Of a stretch of 64,000 nt of DNA, positions 34,482 to 44,120 are shown one piece after another. The stretch comes from Hyaloraphidium curvatum SAG 235-1 (Eukaryota; Fungi; Monoblepharomycota): NCBI GenBank assembly GCA_025558095.1, contig JAIVFI010000001.1, positions 1,178,001 to 1,242,000 on the forward strand, read 5' to 3'. The notes beneath the pieces were generated by a model that ran no database searches, was not told where the DNA came from, and saw only the letters and a program-made list of their open reading frames with translations. A program made the translations under genes and the position numbers. Position 1 is the stretch's first letter. Each line of letters starts with the position of its first letter.

Positions 34482-37400
34482 TCACGTTGCCGAGAACCCC
34501 CACCCGGGCTTGACGCCCTTGCGCTGTCCCGCCCCGCCGTACTGCATGTCCCACTTCCTGAGCTCCGCGAGGCTCTCCATATCGTCCGTTAGCGACGCCG
34601 GGATCTCCTTGAGCGCGATCTCAAAGTGCTCCTTTGTCAGCAGCCGCTGCGATCCGCCGGGGCTCTGCGCCTGTGCCGTGCCGTCGCCCACGACCGAGCT
34701 CCACTCGTCGATCTCGTCCATCTCCTTGAGGATCCGCGCGCGGAGCTCCGGGTCCTCGGCGGCAGGGTCCGTGAGCGGCGGCAGGCCGTGCCTCGCTTCG
34801 CGGACGACGTTCTCCTTGACGCTGGCCAGCGCCGCCGAGATGCAGAGGTTGCGGAGGTCGGAGCCGCTGTAGAGCTCCGTGCGCTTGGCGAGGTCCACCA
34901 GCGAGATTGAATCGTGTAGCTGCTCGTCCTTGAGGTGGACCCCGAGGATCTTGGCCCGCGACTCCTCGTTCGGCAGGTCCACTAAACGAGCTGTTCAGAA
35001 ACGAACAACAGAGGACGGACACGACGCAGCCCACCGAGGATCCGCCGCGGCATCCGCCTCAGGATCGCGTCGTCCAGGTCGAACGGCCGGTTCGTCGCGG
35101 CCATGATGATGACGCCGCTGTTTCCGCCGCCGATCCCGTCCCACTCGCCCATGAACTCGTTCATGACCTCCCTCCGGCTGGCAAAGGTGTCGCCCTTCCG
35201 GCGGCCAAACAGCGCGTCGACTGCGGAAGCGACATGGATCAGACTCGTCGACAGGCAGGCCGATCGGACGCCGACCTTCGTCAATGAACACGACGCAGGG
35301 CGCCAGCTTCCTGGCCAGGGTGAAGACGGCCTTGACGTTCTTCTCGCCCTCGCCGACGTACTTGTCGAACACGTCCGACAGGGCCACGTTCATGAAGCGC
35401 GCGCCGCCCGAGCGGGCGACGCACTTGGCGAGGAAGGTCTTTCCGGTGCCGGGCTGTGGGAGGAGATCACAATGGAATGTCAGACAACGGACTTGCCCGA
35501 CGGCGGCGCCGACCACCCACCGGCCCGAAAAGCAGCACCCCGGTGAAGCTCGACTTCTGCAATATCCCGTGCGAAAACAGCTTGGGCCTCAGCAGCGGCA
35601 GCGTCACCAGCGTCTGCAGCGCCAGCTTGGTCGACGGCGGCAGGATCAGGTCCGAAAAGCCGACGCCGATGGCCGAGGGATCCACCACGCACGAGAGCAG
35701 CTTCTTCTCGTACGTGTTGGGCTTGTACCCGCGCTCCTGGAGGAAATCCCTGATGGCCCCCTGGTCGTTCCGCCCCTCCTCCGCTCCCGAAGGAGGGTAC
35801 GCCTGCTGCTGCGCCGCCCGCGGCGGGGAAACCTGCGCCTCCTCCCTGTTGTCCACGGTGTCCGCCAAGGCGGCCAGCCCGCCGTCCCCCCGCCCCCCCG
35901 CCGCGCCGCGCGATTCGAGGTGCGCCTCGGCCTCGCGCCGGTGCCGCGCGGCGATCCGCGCTTCGTCCTTCTGCTCCCTGTACTCGGGGTCGTTCATCCG
36001 CTCGTTCTCGATGCCCTCCATCAGGTGGCGCAGGGACAGGGTGGCGGGGACCGAGACGGGCGCGGCGCCGCCGAGCAGCGCCTCGTGCCGCAGCCGCACC
36101 CCGTTGGCGTTGTTGACCGTCTCGCGGATGAAGCTCGGTTCCCACAGCTTGGCCCTGAGCGCGCCCAGGAACGCCGCGAGCTCCGCGTCCGTGGGCTGCA
36201 GGTCCCCGGACCCGCCCGAGACGAGCTCGGCCCACCGCTCGGCGCACATGTCCGCCGTCCGCGAGCCCACGAACGATGCGACGTCGTCCCACGCGCACCC
36301 GAACCGCTGGAACCCGCGCGCCAGCAGCGCGTCCTCGGCCCCGGTCCACCCCCTGCTCCCCTGCGCCCCGCGGAACACCTTGGCCGCGTCGGCGCCCCCG
36401 AGCAGCGCGCCGAGCGGGTGCGCCTCGAGCGGCCGGCCGCGGTCCGAGCACTCGATCGCCGTGGAGCGCCAGTTGATCTCGGCGACGCGGCGCTGCTGGT
36501 CCAGCCGCATGGCGCGCTCCCATTCCAGGAAGCGCGATTCGACGGCGGCGGGGGAGTCGTCGTCGCTGCGCGGGATCGAGGTCGTGGTGTTGGATGTGAG
36601 GGGGTGCTTGGGGAGCGGCGGGGGAGAGAGGTTGATGGTCGCCACGGGGTTGCTTTTGGAGGAGAGGATGTGGCGGTAGGGGAGCAGGCGGAGCTCGTCG
36701 TCGGCAAAGCCGATGCCGGCCTTGGGCGTCTTTTCCCCGGCGAGGATGGCGCGCAGCTCCTCGGCGCCTTCGATGGCCGCCTTCTGCGCCTTGTACTCGT
36801 CCTCGGAGCTGACGGCCGGGTCGATGGCGGAGTAGATCACGGAGGGGCAGGCGCCGGCGGTCAGGACCACGGGCAGACCGGCGCCCCGGAGGCCGTCGAC
36901 GCAGCCCAGGACCGATTCCAGTATCTGCGGGCCGTACGGCCGCGAGCGCTCCGTGTCAAAGTCGTTCAGGTCCTTGAGGTAGACGACCAGGGGAGCTTTC
37001 GAGCCCCTGACGCGGGCGAAGCGGGCCAGGTGCGAGGCCAGCGCCGCGCAGGCCGCGGACAGATCGCCCGCCGCGGCGGCCGCGGATTCACCGGGAGGCA
37101 CGGCATCTTGGCTGTCGTGCCTATGGGGCGCCCGGTCGCCCTGGCGGTACCCACGGTGAGACGGGGCCGGCACCGCCGCCCTCTCGGGCCTGGGGACGTC
37201 GTCCGCGGGGGCCACCCTGCCCCCGCTCCACGACATGTCGGAGGCGGGCGGCTCCATGTCCACGTCCGGCTCGTCGTCGGGGTGCGCGTCGTCGAACGAG
37301 CTGCTGTAGCCGCCGTACCGGTCGTCCTCGTCCTCCTCGCCCTCCTCGTACGGCTCGCTGGCGGCGGTGCCGTCGTCATGGGCCGCGATACGCCGGTCGT

Positions 37401-38070
37401 CGTAGTGCGAGAGGCGGAACACGCGGGCGCCGAACGTGAGCGGGCGCGGGCGGAAGGCCGGGTCGTCCAGGGCCGCCTCGTGGGAGCCCCGCCCGGGCTC
37501 GTGCACGTAGTCATACAGGTCCTTCAGATCGAGGGACAGAAAATCGGCGCCCGCGGCATGGGCCGTCCGCCGCACCAGGTCCTCCAGGTAGTACACGGCG
37601 CCGGGGTGCGGGCACGCCACGACCAGCGCGTTTGCGGGCGGCGGCGGGCTCCGGCCGGGGTCGAATGCCGAGAGCAGCTTGACGTGCAGCCGCTGCGCGG
37701 CGTGCTCGTCGACGTACGGCTGCGGGAAAGAAGGCGGCGCGCCGTCGTCGAACGCCGCGTACTTCGGGGAGAAGAACGGGTCGCCTCCGCCGGGCGGCAC
37801 CGCACCCGATGGCTCTTTCGCGCCCTTCGCCGCTGCGTTCGATGTCCGGAACAGCGCGTAGCCGCGGATCTGCCGCGCATTCGGAGACATCGCGATCGGC
37901 CGGCCCTGTGGGAGTGAGGGGCAAGCCGAGAATGAACGGCCGGAAACGCAGCCGGATCGGGCCGCAGCGGCCGAAAGAGCCGCGATGCGGAGAGTCCATC
38001 GCGTCTGCGGGAAGATCCGGACGACCGAATCGGCCGCGAGGGCCCGAACGGGGCCGGAGACGCGACGCAT
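34482..38070 (-). CDS. Msp1/ATAD1-like (meiotic clade) AAA ATPase with long N-terminal extension and embedded Myb/SANT domain
   Basis: YEKKLLSCVVDP, LPLLRPKLFSHGIL, GVLLFGP|PGTGKT, YVGEGEKNVKAVFTLARKLAPCVVFIDE, NEFMGEWDG, AATNRPFDLDDAILRR, YSGSDLRNLC, LRKWDMQYG. Arg/Ser-rich mitochondrial-presequence-like N-terminus. Three introns in the AAA domain. Confidence 0.9.
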
Positions 38071-38183
38071 CTACGCTCAATGTGGCGGCACCTCGCACCC
38101 GGCTCCCAGCCAGAGGAGGCGCTCGCAGCTATCGAAAGAATGCCCTGATCGCGGTTTCCTTGTCCCAATACATTGATGCGAAG

Positions 38184-39362
38184 CTACCATGTAACCATTG
38201 AGATAGCATTCGAGGCACCTTGCTTGACGTAGGAAGCCGCCGCCGACGCTACACCCCAGAAGGTCCTTCTCGCCTTAACGGTCGCTTCGGCCCTTGCTCT
38301 AAAGATACGTTGTAGCTCCTTAAGTTGCTTGGAGATATCCTCCTTGTTCTTGATCATTGAGCGGATTTCCTTGAGCTTCTCCTCAAGCTCGTCCTTTTCC
38401 TTCTTCTTCTTGGCCTTCTTTGACTCGGAGCACCACCAAGACCTGAGATTGGGAATCTGCTTCTCGATCTCTTGAATCCGTGCTTCCAGCTCTTCAGGGG
38501 AAGCTCCTCCATCGCGCAACAGAGCATCCAGCTCATCGATCTTGGTGCTAAGCACGTTGATAGCGTCCTCAAGTTGCGTTCGCGTAAGCACTTGGATTGG
38601 CAACTGATCAACATCAAGGACTTGTTCAGAGGGCCGTTTGAGCCACTCCTGCATTCTTTCCATCCGGTCCTCCCCAGTCGGAATGATGATGTCGGGCTCG
38701 AAAGCTTTGACAAGGTTCTCCATAAACTCCGTGCTTCGTTTCTCTTGTTTCGGTGTGTTGAGCTTCGTGAGGACAACAGCCAATTCGGTCTGGTGCCTGA
38801 ACAAGGCCAAAATGATCTGCAGGTACTCCTCAGCTTCCGGGAGCATTCTGTCCGTTCCATCCGTCACGAAGCAAATTTTGGAGATGCGTTTCGTGCTCTT
38901 TCTTAGGAAATCCACGGTTCGCTGGATCAGTTGCTCACGCACGCCCTCTTCGACGTTTGTGTCAAGAAAACCAGGCATGTCTGCGATGTAGTACGGCCCT
39001 AAAGATGAAACAACGACGTCGCATCAATGTTCTCAACTGGAGCAGCAATCAACTTACGTCCGTCGATGATGATGGCTTGCATGTTGGCTTCGGCCGTGTC
39101 CGACTTTCCCGTGTTCCTAGTCGGATCCTCTTCCCGCAGGAGATGAATCAGGGACGTCTTGCCGCTTCCGGTCATGCCAAAAAGCAGAGTGCACTCGGGC
39201 ACCGGGAACTCGGATGAAGGAACTGTTGGATTGGTCAGCGCGAAGCGACAAAGCAGTATCGGCACTCCCACCCGGACCGCCTCGACTGCCTCGCTCGGAT
39301 GTGGCGCCGTCCTCATCTGCATGAAGCCATTGGGGCCGCGAAGCACGCGTACGCAATCGCAT
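38184..39362 (-). CDS. P-loop GTPase (TRAFAC, AIG1/GIMAP/septin-like G domain) with C-terminal coiled coil
   Basis: G1 LLFGMTGSGKTS; G2-like SDT; G3 IADMPGFLDT after splicing intron 38999-39057 (GTAAGT...TTTAG); G4-like VVLTKL; heptad-rich C-terminus. Start uncertain, with a probable first intron ~39223-39271. Confidence 0.85.
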
Positions 39363-39641
39363 AGAGAGACCCTGTGAGATCTTCGGGCGCGGCACAGCGG
39401 AAGGCGCGACATACGGATCGGGGCACCGCTGAGCATGGTCTCAAGAAACCGTGCCGAACGACGGCTCCGTTAAGATCCCCAGGCGCGTTTTCTGCAATTG
39501 TGCGCCGATGATGGCGGCGCAGGCGTTTGCTCGTTCGAAGTCGCGGCATTCAGGGTCCGGCTGAGATGCACACACCCCGGGTTGAGTGCCGAGACGGCCG
39601 TGCTGCAAGCACAGTCCCAGACAAGCGCCCACAGGCGCCAC

Positions 39642-41494
39642 ATGCCGCCGCGGCTCTCGGGCAAAGCCTCCGCTGCTGCTGCAGTGCTTTGCGCCGTGTC
39701 ATCTTTCGTCGAGTGTGTGCCGCTCAGCGAGATGTCAGCCGTGTGTCGCGACACGGTGCTGCTTGTGGGAGATGGACACCGATCCCTGAAGGATCTCGTC
39801 TGCTCTCTACGCGGAGAAGAGTCAGAGAGTGTGGACGGTCGACACGATGACGAGTTCGGTCCTAAAGAGGACCATGTTATCCTCAATAGTCGGTGCATTT
39901 GGCCAGTAAAGCGCTCTTCATCTGACGATGACATAGGAAACGCGGTGAACATCGTCACCCACGGAATTGAGGGATCCATCGCTCGTGTTGATGAGCTGAT
40001 GAAATATCTGCGGGCGACGCCACGGATCATTACTCGGGTTTACTTTTGCCAAGACCTTTCACACCGCCTGAGTTCCTCGACTGAAGCGAATGTCGGCGCT
40101 TTGCTTGGATTGTTCCGAAGCCGTGTGCATTTTGGTCTCATCATTGCCGGGGTCACGAGCCAGAAGGCACGGACACGGGCTGAGGAACTTGCACAAACGC
40201 TTCGAAGCAAGTTCGATCCCGAAGAAACCATCTTCGCTGGCGAAGACACCATCGAAGAGCTGAGAAGTGCTCTGATGGTAGAGCCGACTCGAATGATGCT
40301 CGTGGCCAATCTCCCGTCGCTCTCGCTCGAGAACACCACCAGCCTCAAGGTCCGCATCGAGCAGCTGGAGAAGGAGAGGGACCTGCTCGCGAAGGAGCTG
40401 CGAATTGCAAAAGACGAGGTGTTCAAATTGAAGCTGGCCCACCCGGTGGACACCTCAGGCGTTGATGTCGACTTGGCACCAGAGCTGAGGGAGCTGCTGG
40501 GCCATGTGGTCGGCATGCGTGCTGTCGGTGCCTCCTGTCTTGCCACGACGAATCCTTCCTGACAGAAAGTGCTCCTCCAACAGCTCAAGAGCGAAGTTCA
40601 GAACTTCTACGTTGCACAGAAAGTGAACGCCCGGCGCCGCACAATGGGAGTTCCCGTCAAGACTCCTCATCCGTCGATTCTCTTTCGCGGAAATCCTGGA
40701 ACGGGGAAAACTAAAGTTGCACGCATTATCAGGGACGTTCTTGTCAAGGTATGATCACAGATTTTTGCCTTTAGTACATTGGCAACTGAGCGATGGCTAT
40801 TAGGCAGGCATACTGCCACCCAATGCGCCGTTCCAAGAGTCATCTCGTGATGATCTTGTCGGCAAGTACATTGGACACACGGAAGCTAATATGGCCATGA
40901 TATTCGAACGCTTGCGCAACGGAGGCGTCCTCTTCATCGATGAAGCCTACCGACTCGTTCAAGCAGATTCCGATAAAGACTTCGGGAAGATTGCTCTTGA
41001 AGCAATCATGACGCAGATGACGAAATCGGACAACAAGATATCATTCATCTTTGCAGGTGATGGCTCGCCGGGGAGACCTGATTGGATGACATCTGACACC
41101 TCCTGCAGGCTACCCGAAAGAGATGGCTCGGATGCTTGATTCCAACCCCGGAATATCGTCAAGGATCTCTTACACCTTCGATTTCGAGGACTACAGTCCC
41201 GCCGACCTGGCAAAGATCTTCCAGCTACACGCCCAGGAGCAAGGCTTCGTCCTCGACGAAGGGACCCTTCCGCCTTCGCGCCTGGCCCAGTGTTTCGAGC
41301 AACACTTTTCGGGAATTCAACGAAGCAGATCGAACGGTCGCCTGGCGGAGCGCCTCTTCCAGCGGACCCAACTTGTGCAGACGAACCGGATTGCTGGATT
41401 GGGCGACGATACGAGCGCCGAGGTCATGCAGACGATCACTCTCAGCGATGTAGAAACCGCCGCGAAGGAGTTGGGAGAGACGGGGAACATTTAG
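39642..41494 (+). CDS. Degenerate GTPase domain + coiled coil + CbbX/SpoVK/EccA-clade AAA+ ATPase fusion
   Basis: AAA motifs: HVVGM, ILFRGNPGTGKTKVARII, SSRDDLVGKYIGHTE, GGVLFIDEAYRL, DFGKIALEAI, FAGYPKEMARMLDSNPGISSRISYTFDFEDYS, SNGR. Introns 39889-39936, 40524-40565, 40749-40803 and 41057-41108 keep frame. The N-terminus aligns by eye to the neighbouring GTPase. Confidence 0.85.
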
Positions 41495-41719
41495 CTCGGC
41501 AGGTGTGTCGTGGGATGGTAATGAACGGCACGACCAGGTGTCCGCGACGGCCCGTGATCCAACAACAAAACTGGCATGCCATTTGCCCGTGACAGAGACA
41601 CCAAACCGCGGAATAGTCCGCGGGAATCAAACCACCTTGCCGCCTCCGGCTGGCGTCAATCGGCCGCCTCGCCGGCGCCTCCGCCGTCCACCAGGAAGTT
41701 CCCCTCCAAATCGAGTCCA

Positions 41720-42380
41720 TCACAGCTCCCTCTGCGGCGTCTGCGTCAGCAGCAGCCCGAACCGCTTCTTGAGGGTGACCCGGTGCCGCGAGTACTTGTC
41801 GTCGGGCGAGAACCGTGCTGCAGACGGAAAGAAGCGAGGTCAGCACCACTCCTCAAACCCATCCCGCCCTCCTCCGCAATCCGGCAGAATGTCTCAACGC
41901 TACTATCCAATCACAGATATGGAGCGCATCTGTAGATTAGCGATACGGAGATGTTTGCTCTCTGCCGCTTAGAGTGGCCCCCGCCGCCATCCCGCCCCGA
42001 AACCCGTAGGAAACGGGGCGGTCGGTGGGGGCTAAATGGCGGCATTCCGGTCCGTCCGCATTCCCACGGGGAGGGCTCAAGATGTCGGCCGGAGGCGGTC
42101 GCCGCCACCTCCTCCGGCCGGCACCCGGGAAGGCCGCGGGCAGCGGTCGTTCCGCACAACCACCTCCACCCATCGCAGCCCCACCACGCTTCCCCACCCT
42201 CCACACGCCCCGTTGCGCCAATCAACTGACCAGGATGCGCGGATTTGGTAGCGTTCCCGTCCGGCGTCAGTTTCTGTCCGGGCAGTCAGCTCCTTCCTCC
42301 GGGGCGAAAGGGCGGCGCGAACCGACCTTGAGCGTGTAGACGCGCCGCCCGTTGGCGTCGAGGTAGTACATCAGGTGCAT
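41720..42380 (-). CDS. NOP10: H/ACA snoRNP subunit Nop10 (64 aa; exons 42380-42327, 42273-42231, 41817-41720)
   Basis: Spliced translation [64 protein letters not shown]. Canonical GT-AG introns of 53 and 413 nt. Missing from the ORF track. Confidence 0.97.
41887..42045 (-). ncRNA. Intronic box H/ACA snoRNA in NOP10 intron 2
   Basis: Hairpin 1 (TGCCGC/GCGGCA lower stem, GCCCCC/GGGGGC upper stem); box H AGAGCA (41961-41956); hairpin 2 (CTC/GAG; CTAATC-ACAGAT/ATCTGT-GATTGG); ACA (41892-41890) plus 3 nt. Pocket-to-box spacings are 15 and 14 nt. Confidence 0.85.
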
Positions 42381-42525
42381 CGCGGCGGGAAGGGGGGGAG
42401 CGTCGACTGTTTTTCGCTCGTCAAGTTCGCCAAGGGCTTTCGGAAGGAGCAGCTAGCGCAGGCACCGGCCGGTGGGGGTCATTCGGCTTCGATCGGGCAG
42501 CAACGCCTCCGTTTCCAGCGCATCG

Positions 42526-44022
42526 ATGTCCTCCGCGCCCGACCTCCCCGTGCTGGACGCGTCCGACGCGTTCGCCGCGCTCCCGCCCGAACCCAACCTC
42601 GACACTCTGGGGGATATCCGCCGCCGCCTCCCCACCGCTCCGTGCCTCGTCGTGCTCGACGACGACCCGACCGGCACCCAGACGTGCCACGACATCTCCG
42701 TTCTGACCTCGTGGTCGGTCGACGAGCTCGAGCGGGAGCTGCGCGAGGGCACCCCCGGCTTCTTCGTCCTGACGAACTCGCGCGCGTTCCCCCCGGAACC
42801 CGCACGCGAGCTGATGCGGGGTATCTGCGCCAACCTCCGCGCCGCCGCCTCCCGCGCGGACAGGGAGGTCCGCGTCGTGCTCAGGGGGGACTCGACCCTG
42901 CGGGGGCACTTTCCCCTCGAACCCGAGGCGGCGGAGGAGGGCCTGGGCGTGCGGCACGACGGCTGGGTGCTGCTCCCGTTCTTTCTGCAGGGAAACAGGT
43001 ACACGATCGGGGACGTGCATTACCTGGGGAAGGAGGGGAAGCTGGTGCCCGTGGGGCAGACCGAGTTTGCAAAGGACAAGGCGTTCGGGTACCGCTCCTC
43101 CGACCTGAAGGACTACGTGGAGGAGAAAACCGGGGGCGCGATCAAGGCGTCGGAGGTGGCCACGATTTCGATCGACGACCTGCGGCTCGGCGGCCCGGGA
43201 AAGGTCGCCTCGATCCTGTCCTCCCTCCCCCCGCGGACCGTAATTGCGGTCAACGCGGCCTCGGAGCAGGACGTCCGCATCTTCGTGCTCGGCCTGCTGG
43301 ACTGCGAGCAGCGCACGGGGAAGAGGTTCCTTTACCGCACCGCGGCGGCGTTCGTTTCCGCGCGGCTGGGGATGCCGCCAAAGAAGCCCGTCGGGCCGGC
43401 CGAGTTTGGCCTGCGGCCGGAGCAGGCGGCTGCGGGGGGCCTCATCGTTGTCGGCAGCTACGTGCCAACCACAACCTCCCAAGTAGAGGCGCTGACGAGG
43501 GACAACGATGAATTGGAGGTGATCACGCTCGACGTCGGGCAGATCGCCGCGCTCGACCCCGACTCGCCCGAACTCGCCGCCCTGGTCGACTCGGTATCCC
43601 AGCGCGCCCGGGACCGCATCATCGACGGCCGGGACTGCCTCATCCTCACCAGCCGCTCCCTCGTCTCGGGCCCCGACGCCGCCTCCAGCCTCGCCATCGG
43701 CTCCCAGGCCAGCGCCGCGCTGGTCCGCATCGTGCGCGGGATCGCCGTGCGTCCGCGGTATCTGGTGGCCAAGGGCGGGATCACCTCGAGCGATCTGGCC
43801 ACCAAGGCGCTGGGGATGCGCAGGGCGGCGGTGGTGGGGCAGGCGGCGCCGGGGATCCCGCTGTGGAGGGGGGACGCGGGGAGCCTCTGGCCCGGGGTGC
43901 CGTACATTGTTTTTCCGGGCAACACGGGGGGGACGGAGACGCTGAGGGAGGTGTACGAGAAGTGGAAGGCCGGCGCAGAGGGTGTGCCGGAGCCGCGGGC
44001 GCCGTTCTCGAAAGGGCGGTGA
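42526..44022 (+). CDS. Four-carbon acid sugar kinase family (DUF1537 / SBD_N + NBD_C)
   Basis: LVVLDDDPTGTQTCHD, LTNSRA, RGDSTLRGHF, TEFAKDKAFGY, GLIVVGSYV, AKGGITSSD, IVFPGNTG. Confidence 0.9.
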   Translation: MSSAPDLPVLDASDAFAALPPEPNLDTLGDIRRRLPTAPCLVVLDDDPTGTQTCHDISVLTSWSVDELERELREGTPGFFVLTNSRAFPPEPARELMRGICANLRAAASRADREVRVVLRGDSTLRGHFPLEPEAAEEGLGVRHDGWVLLPFFLQGNRYTIGDVHYLGKEGKLVPVGQTEFAKDKAFGYRSSDLKDYVEEKTGGAIKASEVATISIDDLRLGGPGKVASILSSLPPRTVIAVNAASEQDVRIFVLGLLDCEQRTGKRFLYRTAAAFVSARLGMPPKKPVGPAEFGLRPEQAAAGGLIVVGSYVPTTTSQVEALTRDNDELEVITLDVGQIAALDPDSPELAALVDSVSQRARDRIIDGRDCLILTSRSLVSGPDAASSLAIGSQASAALVRIVRGIAVRPRYLVAKGGITSSDLATKALGMRRAAVVGQAAPGIPLWRGDAGSLWPGVPYIVFPGNTGGTETLREVYEKWKAGAEGVPEPRAPFSKGR

Positions 44023-44120
44023 ATCAATGAGCAAGATCTACTTCTCGACGTGCAAATGTCAAAACAAAAAAGACGGTGCCTTCCGGGGCTTCCATAGCTC
44101 GCATCTTCCACATCGCCGGC

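Noticed and set aside
40566-41494. Rubisco activase CbbX or bacterial contamination
   Set aside because: The gene has spliceosomal introns, is fused to a GTPase-like domain, and has no Rubisco genes nearby. Only the AAA clade assignment is supported.
41818-42230. Telomerase RNA (H/ACA type) or U17/snR30 in the NOP10 intron
   Set aside because: No CTAACCCTAA-like template and no U17 m1/m2 motifs seen. Size and pockets fit an ordinary guide snoRNA.
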